From contig CAWDSQ010000007.1 in the NCBI GenBank assembly GCA_963804955.1, positions 320,001 to 384,000 on the forward strand: 64,000 nt of DNA. The letters run 5' to 3'. Below the pieces are notes generated by a model, which saw nothing but the letters and a program-made list of their open reading frames with translations, was not told the origin of the DNA and did not search any database. A program made the translations under genes and the position numbers. This stretch comes from an uncultured delta proteobacterium. GTDB lineage: Bacteria; Desulfobacterota; WTBG01; CAIYCZ01; CAIRTM01. Positions 11,077-22,082 of this stretch are shown piece by piece (within the stretch, counting starts at the first letter, position 1; each line of letters opens with the position of its first letter).

Positions 11077-12128
11077 AGAAGGGGCGTATGGCTCTGCAAA
11101 AACATCCGGAGATAGCCTACCTCTTGCCAAACCTGGGAATAGCAGGGGGGGTAGCCATTGTCCTGAGCCATATTTCCGAGCTGCGCAAGCGTGGAAGAAA
11201 TGCGGTCGTTTTTTTTCAGAGCCCTTCGTCAGACGGGCCGTGGCACTATTTGCTGCAGGAGGTCCCGGCATTTCCATTTAACGATTATTATACAGTATGC
11301 GGCAGCAGCGGCGCACAGCATCTTGTTGCAACCTGGTGGATGACGGCTTTTGATGTCGCAAAAGCCGGCGCCCGAAACAGGCACTATTTCCTCCAGTCAC
11401 TTGAAAACAGATTGTACCCCGAAGGCCATATTCTTCAGAGCACCTTTTTCCTGTCACTGTTACTTGATTTGAACATTTTTACCGAAGCGAGCTGGATACG
11501 GGCATGGTTGCAGGAGCATATGCACATTGATGCGCCCGTCATCAGCAACAGCATTGACCCTTTAATATTTTATCCGTCCGAAGGCAGACAGCATAAGCGG
11601 GACAAGCTGCGCGTGCTGATCGAGGGCCCCCCGGACAGGCCGTTAAAGGGTGTCGCTGAATGCTTTACGGCAGTCAGCGGCCTCGATATTGAAGTATGGT
11701 ATGTGACAGCACAGGGAGACCCTGACCCGGCATGGCGCATCGATCGCCTTTTTAAGGCAGTCCCGTATGCACACATGCGGGATATTTATGTCCAGTGTGA
11801 TGTCCTGCTGAAAATGAGCAAAGTTGAGGGGTTCTTCGGTCCCCCTCTTGAAATGATGGCCTGCGGTGGAACATGTGTTGTGGGGGATGTTTCCGGGCAT
11901 GACGAATACTGCGTACATAAAAAAAACTGCCTTGTTGTCAGAAAAGATTCACCGGAGGAGGCGCGGCAGGCAATTATCGGGTTGATGAATGACCGGGAGC
12001 TTTTACAGGAATTGAAGGGAAACGCCCTGAAAACGGCAAAGGAGCATGTCTGGGGCAGCAATATAGATATCCTGAGCAATGAAATTTTTGCAGACCGGAA
12101 AAGCGCATACCGCGAAAACAGTGACTGA
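11067..12128 (+). CDS. Glycosyltransferase family 4 (WsaF-like)
   Basis: VATWWMTA, EGFFGPPLEMMACG; start could be 11067 or 11088. Confidence 0.8.
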   Translation: MDLKKGRMALQKHPEIAYLLPNLGIAGGVAIVLSHISELRKRGRNAVVFFQSPSSDGPWHYLLQEVPAFPFNDYYTVCGSSGAQHLVATWWMTAFDVAKAGARNRHYFLQSLENRLYPEGHILQSTFFLSLLLDLNIFTEASWIRAWLQEHMHIDAPVISNSIDPLIFYPSEGRQHKRDKLRVLIEGPPDRPLKGVAECFTAVSGLDIEVWYVTAQGDPDPAWRIDRLFKAVPYAHMRDIYVQCDVLLKMSKVEGFFGPPLEMMACGGTCVVGDVSGHDEYCVHKKNCLVVRKDSPEEARQAIIGLMNDRELLQELKGNALKTAKEHVWGSNIDILSNEIFADRKSAYRENSD

Positions 12129-12398
12129 GCTTATTGAGAGCCTTATCGCAATAAAGGAATATATTGTCCCTACCGTTACGAATGCCCCGCTCCGGGATGA
12201 TATTAAAGGCAGGGTTCGTCAAGCAATCAGAGCGCTGCGGCTGAAGAGTTAGCCAACAACAGCACTCACAGCGGGTGGCTTGGCTTCGCCCTAAAAGGGC
12301 GCAATCAAAAACACGCAGTGTTTGAGCTGCCCTCTTGAGAAAAACCGCCATCGATGACTATGGTTTTTCTCAAGATAAAAATATTCGAATAGTAATCC

Positions 12399-13451
12399 AT
12401 GAGGCATATGAGCGAACACGAGGGAACGATTCAATATATATTCACCAGAATGGAGCATCATTCTGAACACTCCGGATATGACCAGATTACCAAATACATT
12501 CCAGGCAGATATGTCGGGCCGAATACGCTGCACCGTATCCTGAATGCAGTACCGGAGCGGGTGCTTGCGCACGTGCGCCGCAGTGCAGGGCACTGGTACA
12601 ATTCAAGCGCTCTCAAGCAGGAACTGCAAAATATTCCTGATTTTTTTTTGAAATCAAACAAAATTTATCATTTTCTATATGGCGAAGATACGTATCATTA
12701 CTCGTGCTATCTTAATCCGAAAAAATCAAACAGGTTTGTAGCCAGCTATCACACCCCGCCGGAAAAATTCCTGCAAATCAATCGCGGATCACGGCATCTG
12801 CGGGCTCTGGATGCCCTTGTCATAATTGCTCCCAACCAGGAAGACCTTTTCAAAAATCTGGTTAATCCTGAAAAGGTTCACCTCATCCCCCATGGCGTGG
12901 ATACGGGCTTTTTTCATCCCCGGGAAACTGTGCAGAAGAAAAAAAACCACTGCCTTTTTGTCGGCTCGCATCTTCGTGATGTAGGCATGCTGCGTGCGGT
13001 CATTAAAACAATTCACAAAACCGAGCCTGAAATTTTTTTTACAGCTGTTACTTTTGAAGAAAATTTCAAATTTTTCGAAGGGCTTAACAATGTACAGATG
13101 TATTCGTCAATTTCTGAAGCGCAGCTTGTAGATCTGTACAGCACCGCAGACCTTCTTGTCCTTCCTCTGATCGACGGTACGGCGAACAATACAATCCTTG
13201 AGGCTATGGCTTGCGGGCTGCCGGTAATTACAACTGATGTGGGAGGAATTGCCATGTATCTGCCCCGGGAAGCCGGGCTCCTGCTGGCAGCAGGCGATGC
13301 GCAGCTCATGGCTCATGCAACGCTTGAGCTCATACATGATTCAGTGCGGCTTTCAGCTATGTCGAAGGCTGCTCGACAGACAGCCGAATCTTTCGACTGG
13401 TCTGTCGTTGCGGAAAAAATGCGCCGTGTCTATCAAAGCATTGCAGCCTGA
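12399..13451 (+). CDS. Glycosyltransferase family 4 (paralog of 3196-4269)
   Basis: IPHGVDTGFF, GSHLRD, LEAMACGLPVITTDVG. Confidence 0.9.
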   Translation: MRHMSEHEGTIQYIFTRMEHHSEHSGYDQITKYIPGRYVGPNTLHRILNAVPERVLAHVRRSAGHWYNSSALKQELQNIPDFFLKSNKIYHFLYGEDTYHYSCYLNPKKSNRFVASYHTPPEKFLQINRGSRHLRALDALVIIAPNQEDLFKNLVNPEKVHLIPHGVDTGFFHPRETVQKKKNHCLFVGSHLRDVGMLRAVIKTIHKTEPEIFFTAVTFEENFKFFEGLNNVQMYSSISEAQLVDLYSTADLLVLPLIDGTANNTILEAMACGLPVITTDVGGIAMYLPREAGLLLAAGDAQLMAHATLELIHDSVRLSAMSKAARQTAESFDWSVVAEKMRRVYQSIAA

Positions 13452-13478
13452 CGGACCCGGGCCCAAGCAGAAAAATTC

Positions 13479-14624
13479 ATGCCACAGCCGACACAAAAAA
13501 AAATCCTCATGATCATCGGCCTTTTCCACCCCTTTGTCGGCGGTGCTGAAAGGGAATGCCGGAATCTGGCAAAAAAGCTGATCTCACTGAAGCACTCGGC
13601 AACCGTTTTGACGGCGTATCAGGAGGGGCTGCCGCCATTTGAAATTATAGACGGAATTCCGGTCTACAGGAAAATTCGAGGCTGGCATTTTTTTGAACTC
13701 ACCTACATGCTTTCCGTGTTCATGCTGCTCTGGAAACACCGCAAAGGCTATGACCACATACTCTGTTTCGGCATGTATCTGTACACAGCGCCTGCTGTGC
13801 TGTTCGGATTCTGCACCGGCAAAAAAGTCCTTCTCCGCCTTGAATGCGGCGGAGCGTATGGTGACTTCCAAAGAGTTTCTCCTCTCAAATTTAAAAATCT
13901 CATCATGTGGTTTTCAAAACGGGCGCACCGCATTCTGGCAATAAGCGGCGAAATCGAAAAAGAGCTTCTGTCGCACGGGTTTCCCCAAAAAAGGATACAG
14001 CGCATTTCAAATTCTGTTGATGTCCGCCGTTTTGCGCCGGGGACCTGCCAAAAAGAAAACAATATCCCGCGTATCAGCTGTATCGGAAGGCTGGAGAAGC
14101 AAAAGGGCATAGATCTGCTGTTGAAAGCACTTAAGATTATTGCCGATCGGGGGATCACCTTTTCAGCCTGTATTACAGGAGACGGCCCCCAGCGCCCTGA
14201 ACTCATTGAAAGCGTGCAGCAGCTGGGGCTCTCGGATTCCGTAACCTTTGCGGGCCTGCAGCAGGATGTTGAGCCGTATTTTCGCATGACAGATATTCTG
14301 GTCATGCCATCCCGCTTTGAAGGGCTGCCGCTTGTGCTTCTCGAAGCGATGGCCAGCGGCCTTGCCATCATAGCATCATCGGTTGGAGGTATACCCGATG
14401 TCATTGATCCTCGACAGACGAGAAGCAGCCCTGCCGCCTATGCCGTCTGCGAAAGCGGCATTCTGGTTCCGCCGGAAAATCCGGAACTGCTTGCAGAAGC
14501 TATCCAGCACCTCCTCTGCAGTCCCGATTTGCGCAAGCGCCTCGGCGCCAATGCGCGCGAACATATTACAAAAACGTATTCCCTGGATATAGTGATTCAA
14601 AAGTATCTGGATATTTTCAACTGA
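13479..14624 (+). CDS. Glycosyltransferase family 4
   Basis: GGAE, GRLEKQKG, EGLPLVLLEAMASG. Confidence 0.9.
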   Translation: MPQPTQKKILMIIGLFHPFVGGAERECRNLAKKLISLKHSATVLTAYQEGLPPFEIIDGIPVYRKIRGWHFFELTYMLSVFMLLWKHRKGYDHILCFGMYLYTAPAVLFGFCTGKKVLLRLECGGAYGDFQRVSPLKFKNLIMWFSKRAHRILAISGEIEKELLSHGFPQKRIQRISNSVDVRRFAPGTCQKENNIPRISCIGRLEKQKGIDLLLKALKIIADRGITFSACITGDGPQRPELIESVQQLGLSDSVTFAGLQQDVEPYFRMTDILVMPSRFEGLPLVLLEAMASGLAIIASSVGGIPDVIDPRQTRSSPAAYAVCESGILVPPENPELLAEAIQHLLCSPDLRKRLGANAREHITKTYSLDIVIQKYLDIFN

Positions 14625-14638
14625 CCTGCATATGCTCA

Positions 14639-15802
14639 ATGATCCCGAAATGCAAACAGCCGCACAGTTGCATGCCTGAGCCTAAAGTCCTCATCATTAT
14701 TCCCTATTTCCACCCCCACCGGGGAGGAGCCGAACAGCAGGCTTTGCTGCTCAGCACACAGCTGCAGCGGCAGGGGCTGCTGTTCGGCGTGCTTACGCGT
14801 CATTTTCCAGGCCTGCCGCGCTCGGAGCTGGTGGACGGCGTTCAGGTCTATCGCTCTATTTACACCCTGCCCTGGGGCAAGCTTTTCGGCATCTGCTACT
14901 TTCTCTCATGCCTGTGGTTCCTTGTAAAATACCGGCATTCATATACGGTCATTCAATGCTATATACTGCAGGGGTTTCATTCCCCTGCCGCCATAGTCAT
15001 GCAGCGCCTTTTTAGAAAAAAAATCATTATTCGCGTATCGGCAACAGGCCCGCTGAGCGATTTTCTGCTGCTGCGTCGAGGCGCCGCAGGCGGTCTTTTT
15101 CTCAAATGCGTTCGAAAGGCTGATAAAATAATCGTCCTGTGCAGCCAGTCACAACAGGAAGCGCAAGCTGCGGGATTCAGCCGGCAACAAATCATTCATA
15201 TTCCAAATGGTGTCGACCTGTCCGTTTTCGTTCCCGCATCCCGGCCGCCTGCCGCATCCAGGCATATTCTCTTTGTCGGACGACTGGATAAGATGAAGGG
15301 TGTCGATATATTGCTGGAAGCCATCGCCGAGCTCAAAAAAAACGGCATTACATGCTCCTGCACCATTGTCGGCGATGGTCCAGGCAAAGAGAATCTGCAG
15401 AACGCAGCCGGAAAATTGCACATAGAAAATCAGATTGTGTTTGCCGGAACGTGTTCAGACATTGTCCGGCATTTACATACAGCCGCTGTTTTCGTTTTTC
15501 CATCACGCTCTGAAGGCATGCCGAATGCAGTACTTGAAGCAATGGCCTGCGGAGTGCCGGTCATCGCCACGTCGGTTGGCGGCATTCCCGACATCATCCA
15601 AAATGGACGCAATGGACTGCTTGTCGCCCCCGATGACAGCCGGGCCTTAAGCTCAGCCCTTGCTTCGCTGCTCACCGATCCCGATCTGGCGGCAGCACTG
15701 GGGAGCCGGGCCAGGATGGAGGCCGAATCGCTGTACTCGCTTGACCGGATAACCGATGCCTATCGTGCGCTCTACCGGGACATCATCAGGCAACAGGAGT
15801 AG
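14639..15802 (+). CDS. Glycosyltransferase family 4
   Basis: GGAE, GRLDKMKG, EGMPNAVLEAMACG. Confidence 0.9.
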   Translation: MIPKCKQPHSCMPEPKVLIIIPYFHPHRGGAEQQALLLSTQLQRQGLLFGVLTRHFPGLPRSELVDGVQVYRSIYTLPWGKLFGICYFLSCLWFLVKYRHSYTVIQCYILQGFHSPAAIVMQRLFRKKIIIRVSATGPLSDFLLLRRGAAGGLFLKCVRKADKIIVLCSQSQQEAQAAGFSRQQIIHIPNGVDLSVFVPASRPPAASRHILFVGRLDKMKGVDILLEAIAELKKNGITCSCTIVGDGPGKENLQNAAGKLHIENQIVFAGTCSDIVRHLHTAAVFVFPSRSEGMPNAVLEAMACGVPVIATSVGGIPDIIQNGRNGLLVAPDDSRALSSALASLLTDPDLAAALGSRARMEAESLYSLDRITDAYRALYRDIIRQQE

Positions 15803-15913
15803 CCCCCCGCTGCAGCATTTTAAAAAGCACCTTGCTGCTGCACAGTATATTACTCAACTTGACTGACTTTTAACAGAATCATGGAAAATCCTTGTATTAT
15901 TCTTGCCCAGGCC

Positions 15914-16031
15914 AGCCTGTTCAGGGGCACAAAGCGTCGCAGGGGCGGTGCGAATGAAGGTGTCGTATCACAGAAAAAACTGGTTTTATGAGCACGTAGC
16001 CCGACGCAAGCGGCGTGCCCCTGAACAGGCT
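15914..16031. mobile_element. MITE-like palindromic element
   Basis: Perfect 17-bp terminal inverted repeat agcctgttcaggggcac (15914-15930) / gtgcccctgaacaggct (16015-16031); inner gcgtcg/cgacgc pair. Confidence 0.65.
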
Positions 16032-16070
16032 ACGCACCGGATTAAAAAGGCAGTCAAGTTGAGTATATTA

Positions 16071-17322
16071 TTACTGTTCGGTTTTGTTGTTCTCCTGATT
16101 GCATACATATTCAGCAATTGCTTCACCGGCTATACGGTGCCCTTTTTCATTCCAGTGGCCGAAACCCATATCGGTATTAGGAAAGCCGTGCAGATACTGC
16201 TGCGCCTGCTCAGCATACCGGCCGATGATGGGGGCAAGAATAAGCGCTTCAATTCCATGAGCAGCTGCAAAAGATGCGATTCGCCTGTCAGGATACAGCA
16301 GGTCCTCACAGCCAAGTGATTGAGCAAAGGCCTTTCGTGCTTTTGGATCGGGATATACCTGTATGCCGTTTGTCAATGTGACGAGAAGAAATTTCACCCC
16401 CTGCTCCATAACCTCCCGGTGCATCTGCGCAAGCAAAGCCTCTGTAATCCGCCAGGCTTCAGCCCAGTCTTCCGACTGTGGGGGTAGATAAATCTGGTTG
16501 TCCAGTCCAATGTCAGTGCCGGGCTGTTTACCGGCAGCGGCTCGCGCTGCTGCCGGTACTCTTTTGCACAATGCGATCCGGCTCAGAGCCGGTCTGTGCA
16601 GGGCGTTTTTTAGACGATGGAGCCTGTTGCCTGACAATAAAATCTCTTTGGGTTTTCTTTACAAACTGATAGAGACGAAAACAGTCTAAAACAGCTGCGA
16701 TCCTTTCATAGAGCGGGCTGGACTTGAAACGAAATGAAGGGGACTGAAACAAAGCGGTATCCAGGGACAATGAGCCGTCCTTCAATAGAAAAAAAGGACG
16801 GGAATCCAGTGGGCTGAGAGATGCATGATTATCGCGCACGTCGTTGCCCGACAGGAATGCCAGCAGGACCATATCCGGGTGAAAACCCCAGACCCTGCTG
16901 CGAAGGGTGAGCAATTCTTGTGCAGTTGCATAGCCGGCTACGCCGAAATTCAGCACTTCTACTTTTTTGCCATCAAACGCAGCACACGCATTCAGCTTGT
17001 TTTCCAGAATGCGCCAGAAAGCATCCCTGACATCCACTTGAAAAGCTTCCGCAAATGAATCTCCCAGCACTGCAATACGATAGACCCCGGAAGGTTTTTC
17101 TCTGCTGATTTCGCGGTCATCCCGCATGCCATAACGATTTATCTTAACAAACCCCTCCCCTTCCTCCCGCCACCAGCCCTCAGCACCCGGCCGATGGGCC
17201 GACCCCGCAGCTTTGTCATACCGGTAAAAGCCCGGGTACGAAAAACCGATACATCTCAAAAAAATTTCTACGGCAATTAAAGCTGCAGCAATACTGGTGC
17301 AGGCCAATAAGAAATTTTTCAT
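16071..17322 (-). CDS. SGNH/GDSL hydrolase-fold protein (AlgJ/AlgX-like glycan O-acetylation), frameshift near 16530
   Basis: N-terminal TM; LGDSF, NFGVAGY, GND blocks in ORF 16528-17334; GHWNEKGH in ORF 16071-16637. Confidence 0.75.
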
Positions 17323-17436
17323 TGCTCTTCGCATATCTAGTCCGAACAGCCTTTCATCATCACTTGTACCGGCACGCGGTTTCTGATAAAATTCCTTTGA
17401 AACATAAAAACATGTTCACCTGCTTCAGGAAACCCA

Positions 17437-18149
17437 TGAAATTAACCAAAAAAACAGCCCTGGCCTGCGCAATTGGCGCCTTTTTTATATGCGCTCTCGT
17501 GACCCTGTATGCTCACAGAGTTGATAATTCATTGTCAAAAGAAGACAAACGCTACATACCAAAATATCTGGGGGGCATGGCGCTTTTGCCGGAAGCGCCC
17601 ACCTATGCAGAAGAATTGAATTTTATAGTTTCGGCTCAGAGCTCTGTTCTCAACGTCGCACCAAAAAATGAGGGGCTGCCGCTCGACCAGAAAAGGGAGC
17701 CCAGGGAATTGTATATTGCTAAAACCGGCTTATGCTATGACAGAAGCAGGGTTATTGAAAAAATTTTAATGTATGCCGGTTTCAAAACACGGCATGTTGC
17801 ACTATACTCAAAAAAAGGCTCTGAATCGACTGCCGCATTACTTGCAACGCCGGACACTGATTCTCATTCCATTACTGAGGTCTTAACGGGACAGGGTTGG
17901 CTCGTCGTTGATTCGAACGCGCCCTGGGTATCAACTGATAAAAACCTTCGCCCTGTATCAATTAAAGATATACAGTCGGCTGCAGACACATCTCATCCTA
18001 TCCAATGGAGCATGCAGCCCGCACCAAAAATCTACGGGGAACCATTTATTTTTATGTACGGGCTCTATTCAAGACATGGCAGATTCCACCCGCCCTATGA
18101 TTTCATCCCTGATATTAATTATGGCGAGTTTCTTCAGAATATGTGGTAG
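17437..18149 (+). CDS. Exported transglutaminase-like (Cys-His-Asp) protein
   Basis: N-terminal hydrophobic segment; GLCYDRS, SHSITEV, GWLVVDS. Confidence 0.6.
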
Positions 18150-18199
18150 CCGCCGGCCACACAAACTGTCTGGCTCCATCCATTGTACCATCGCACAGC

Positions 18200-19474
18200 T
18201 TACGTGCAGCCATCATGCCGTCTCCGGAAAAAATAGCGCAGGCTCTGCATCATCGGGATAACCGCCATGATCTCTGCGCATATTTTGAATCGCGTATCAG
18301 GAAAAAGCAGCATAACAACGGGCCATAATGCAAAATACGGAACAAAAAAAACCGCTTCTTTTAACGATAGTTTCCTGCAAAAAAGCAGAAGCAGCGAGCC
18401 CGCAAAAAGAGGAACATACAAAAGCTTATACAGAAGATACATCATGGCAGGCAGAATCACAATGGCGCCCAGATGCGCTGTTTTTCCATCGCCGGCGATA
18501 TATGTGTCCGGGGCGGTAAAGCGTGGTATCTTTTCGAAATTCAACCAGTGCCATAATGACTTCACCATGCATCGATACAGAAAAGCCGGCACATCCTGAC
18601 GTATTTCCTTCATGCCCGCCCTGAAAAAATACTCGTTTTGCTGCGCCTCATTAAGCCCTTTGATCTCACTTTTCATGCCGGCAAGAATTTCTTTCTCGAA
18701 AAAGACATCAATATCATAATTGGGATGGCCGTGGAGGTAGGCGCGGTTGTTCCCTATAAAAAAATTAATCCCGAAGGTCGTTCCCAGCCCAAAAGACAGA
18801 GAGCGTTTATAGTTATAGAAGCAGAACAGGGCTGTATAGATACAAAAAACCAGAAGAAATCCCGCAAAACACTTTTTTGCTTTCTTCCTCCCGGCAAAAA
18901 CAAAAACGCCCAGCAGTGAAAGCAAAATTACAAAATTTGTCGACCGCATAAGTGCAGCTATCGCAAGAACAAACGCCAGTATGCAATAAAAAGCGCTCTG
19001 GCCGCCACTGTCGGAGACGCTATCATGCAGCCTGATCAGCATATAAAATGACAGAAATAAAAAAAAGCATTCGCTGGCCGCAGCCGGCGACAGGAGACAG
19101 GACCAGATAAAATACGGATTGAGCAGCATTGCACAAACAGCAAAAAAACAGGGCCAGCCTTTACCCAAAACATATCGTGCAGCTGCGTACGCTGTCCAGA
19201 ACCACAGCATGAGCATAATTATTTTATAAACGTAATGATTGACGGCAAGCCCTGTTATTGCTTGAAAGCCGTTTACAAGCAGAAAAACACCTGGCGGGTA
19301 TGCGGAAGTGCGTTCTGAGGCATGTACGAGCCCGGCAAAAACGGATTCCGGCGCATAGTAGCTTTTTGTAGAAATATAGCTGATGATGACAGCTGCAATC
19401 GCAAGCACTATCGCAAAGAGAACAAAAGCATATCTGTCTCTGTACATTGGAAATTGAGGCTGAAGGATTTTCAT
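18200..19474 (-). CDS. Polytopic membrane protein, probable GT-C fold glycosyltransferase (ArnT/GT39-like)
   Basis: Many TM helices; YPPG, LNPY, NFFIGNN loop, DTRF near C-terminus. Confidence 0.6.
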   Translation of the reverse strand: MKILQPQFPMYRDRYAFVLFAIVLAIAAVIISYISTKSYYAPESVFAGLVHASERTSAYPPGVFLLVNGFQAITGLAVNHYVYKIIMLMLWFWTAYAAARYVLGKGWPCFFAVCAMLLNPYFIWSCLLSPAAASECFFLFLSFYMLIRLHDSVSDSGGQSAFYCILAFVLAIAALMRSTNFVILLSLLGVFVFAGRKKAKKCFAGFLLVFCIYTALFCFYNYKRSLSFGLGTTFGINFFIGNNRAYLHGHPNYDIDVFFEKEILAGMKSEIKGLNEAQQNEYFFRAGMKEIRQDVPAFLYRCMVKSLWHWLNFEKIPRFTAPDTYIAGDGKTAHLGAIVILPAMMYLLYKLLYVPLFAGSLLLLFCRKLSLKEAVFFVPYFALWPVVMLLFPDTRFKICAEIMAVIPMMQSLRYFFRRRHDGCT

Positions 19475-19525
19475 AATTTTAAACTGTCAGAGCCCGTACG
19501 GCTGCTGGCAGCACTGCCTTCCGTA

Positions 19526-20730
19526 TCATCTGTTCGACAGTTTTCTGCCAAGAATGCCCACCTTGGGAATAAATCCATGCCGCAACATGCTTACCTGTGC
19601 AAACCCGCCTTCACGAAACCAGGCGGTGACCTCTTCCTTGGTGTGGTGATACTGGAAAGGCGGCGACAGCCAGTCGAAATTCTCAAGAAGCCGAACGCGC
19701 CAGTCCGGGTGGGCGGAAAAGGTGCAATATTTTAAAAGCGGCACTGTGCCCAGCAGCGCAAGCAGGTAGCAGCAGGCATACAGCAGCCTGTGGGGCAGGA
19801 GGACGGTTAAGCGCCGGAGCGCATCCGAGCATTTCTCCCTGGTCAGCACCAGCAGCCAGTACAGTCTTTTTGCCCACGCAGACTCTACGAACCGGAGCCT
19901 CTCGGGCCGCAGCGGGTTGGACTCAAAAGCAGCATAGCCGCCCGCAGTGCCGTATACCCAGATGGACAGCATGCCGCCCGGCCTGACATACCGCGCTACT
20001 GACGCAAAGGCTTTGCGCGTATCGGGCGTATGGTGCAGCACGCCAAGGCTGTAAATAATGTCAAAAGACTCGGCATGAAAGGGCAGGCGCATCAGATCAG
20101 CCTGCACGATATGCACATTGGGCATATGCCCGGTAAGCTCGCTGGCCCGGAACACGCTTTCGCTCAGGTCCACGCCGATAACCTCACCGCCATGCGCGCC
20201 GGCAACCCGCGTAAAGCGGCCCATGCCGCAACCGGCGTCGAGCGTCAGCCTGCCGGCAAAGTCGGCCGGCGAAAGCTGCGTTTCCTCAATAAAAATTCCG
20301 CGCTCCTCATCTTCAAAGCAGGCAGGATAGCGCATCCATTCATAGCCGAAGCGCTCCTGAGTTTTCTTCCCCTCCTGAGAAACAGGTGTGGAGCCTCCGG
20401 AGACATATGCCGGCACTGCAAAGCGCTCAGGATATGCAGCGTGAAGCTTCAGCAGCTGCGCGCTATCAAAAGGCAGCAAAACAGGAACCCCGCGCACTAT
20501 CGGAAACATCCGGCCGCATGCACAGTTCAAAATCCCATGGAGGATTTCCCTCCGGGCACAGTCCTCACAGCGGCCTTCAAGGGCTGAATCCTGCGCAGCC
20601 AGAAAGCATGCCTTGCACCGTGCTGCAGGCCCGCCTGTTCCCTGCACGCAGCGAGCCTCTTCAAAAACAGTCAATTGCAGAGGCCTCCCGCACAGGGGGC
20701 ACACCAGAAAATTAAGCAGACGATAGCGCA
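19526..20730 (-). CDS. Class I SAM methyltransferase with N-terminal Trm112-like Zn domain
   Basis: LVCPLC...CACGRMFPIVRGVP; LDAGCGMGR; YSLGVLHHTPD. Confidence 0.8.
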
Positions 20731-20824
20731 TACACATCCCCCGTGCCGGTTTTGTTAAAAGTTCATCTTTTTCATCTGCAGCGTGTTGCAGAAAGGCTCC
20801 AGCCGTACTGCGGAACAACCGCGG

Positions 20825-21994
20825 CTATGCAGCCGGGCCTTTGACCAGGCGATCGTAGAGCTCCCCGTACTTCTGTGCCACTGTTGCCACTGCATAGTGC
20901 CGGCAGACCTTTTCCCGGGCATTTCTCCCGAGATCGGCAGCCCGCGCATCATCCTGTATAAGGGATTCGAGAGCTCCGATCAATTGCTCATCATTACCAC
21001 ACGGCACAAGAACCCCTGTTACGCCATCCTCGATAAGCGCTCTATTTCCGGGAATATCGGTTGCGATAACGGCAAGACCGGATGCCATCGCTTCAAGAAC
21101 CGAGTTTGAAAGCCCTTCATATTCAGACGGCAGTATGAAAACATCCGCTGCCTGTAAAAAAGGCGCAATAGTATCAACCGTATTTACAATATGCACTTTT
21201 TCATTTAAAGATAACTGCTCGCACATCCTGCGGAGAAAAACGGCATCCGGGCCTTCGCCGATTATGTACAGGCAGAAAGGCCGGTCACAGTTGATTTTTG
21301 AAATCGCAGTGACCAGCCAATCAAGTTTTTTTTGAGCAAACAGTATGCGCCCCGTATACACAATAATCTTTCCATCAGGCATATGCAGCGATTGCCTGAG
21401 AGCTGCCCGGTTTTCAACGGGACAATAGGCTGCCGTGTCAACGCCATTGGTGATAGCGCATACCTGCTCAGCAGGATATCCGATACTGATAAACTCCTGC
21501 TGCACTTCTTCGTTTAAAGCAATAGCAGCGCCGGACTTTTTGCATCCGGCCAAAAACAGCCTGCCCAGCCATGACCGGCTATTCCTCTGAACATCACCTC
21601 CCTTGCCACTGCAGGCAAGCTTGAGAACAGAGGCCTTCCTGAGCGCTTTGGCCATCATCATTGCTACAGCGCCCGTGTACCCGACCTGAAATGAATGAAT
21701 AATATCATAGGATGATCTTTTTTTATAAAGATACACGACAAGGCTTATGAGAAACACTGCGGCGCCGATATATTTCAATGAAAGAGAAGGCAAACGGGTA
21801 ATACAAACAGAGCCTATTTTCTCCCGTGCAGGCCATGAGAGGTGTACCCTGCTTGTTATAACTTCGACGCGCCAACCCCTCTTGACAAGTGCTGAGGCTG
21901 CAGTAAGCGCCTGCTTTTCCATGCCCCCGATAAAAGGGTGAAAAGAGCGAATAACAAACAGCACCCTGCCGTTGGCGGCATTAGAAACCATCAT
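20825..21994 (-). CDS. Glycosyltransferase family 4
   Basis: GGME, EGLSNSVLEAMASG. Confidence 0.9.
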   Translation of the reverse strand: MMVSNAANGRVLFVIRSFHPFIGGMEKQALTAASALVKRGWRVEVITSRVHLSWPAREKIGSVCITRLPSLSLKYIGAAVFLISLVVYLYKKRSSYDIIHSFQVGYTGAVAMMMAKALRKASVLKLACSGKGGDVQRNSRSWLGRLFLAGCKKSGAAIALNEEVQQEFISIGYPAEQVCAITNGVDTAAYCPVENRAALRQSLHMPDGKIIVYTGRILFAQKKLDWLVTAISKINCDRPFCLYIIGEGPDAVFLRRMCEQLSLNEKVHIVNTVDTIAPFLQAADVFILPSEYEGLSNSVLEAMASGLAVIATDIPGNRALIEDGVTGVLVPCGNDEQLIGALESLIQDDARAADLGRNAREKVCRHYAVATVAQKYGELYDRLVKGPAA

Positions 21995-22082
21995 AGGTAT
22001 CCATGCAGCGCTGCCATGCTGCTAAAAAAAGTTGCTGCAAAATACGGGCTCTCGTTCGCTGTATGCATTGTACAGGCTGCCA

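Noticed and set aside
12130..12345. Intergenic stretch with small hairpins (cgccctaaaagggcg), possible MITE remnant
   Set aside because: No convincing terminal inverted repeats or second copy in the window
15903..16319. 138-aa ORF with a hydrophobic stretch
   Set aside because: Spans the MITE-like element and the antisense strand of the SGNH gene; TTG start, no RBS
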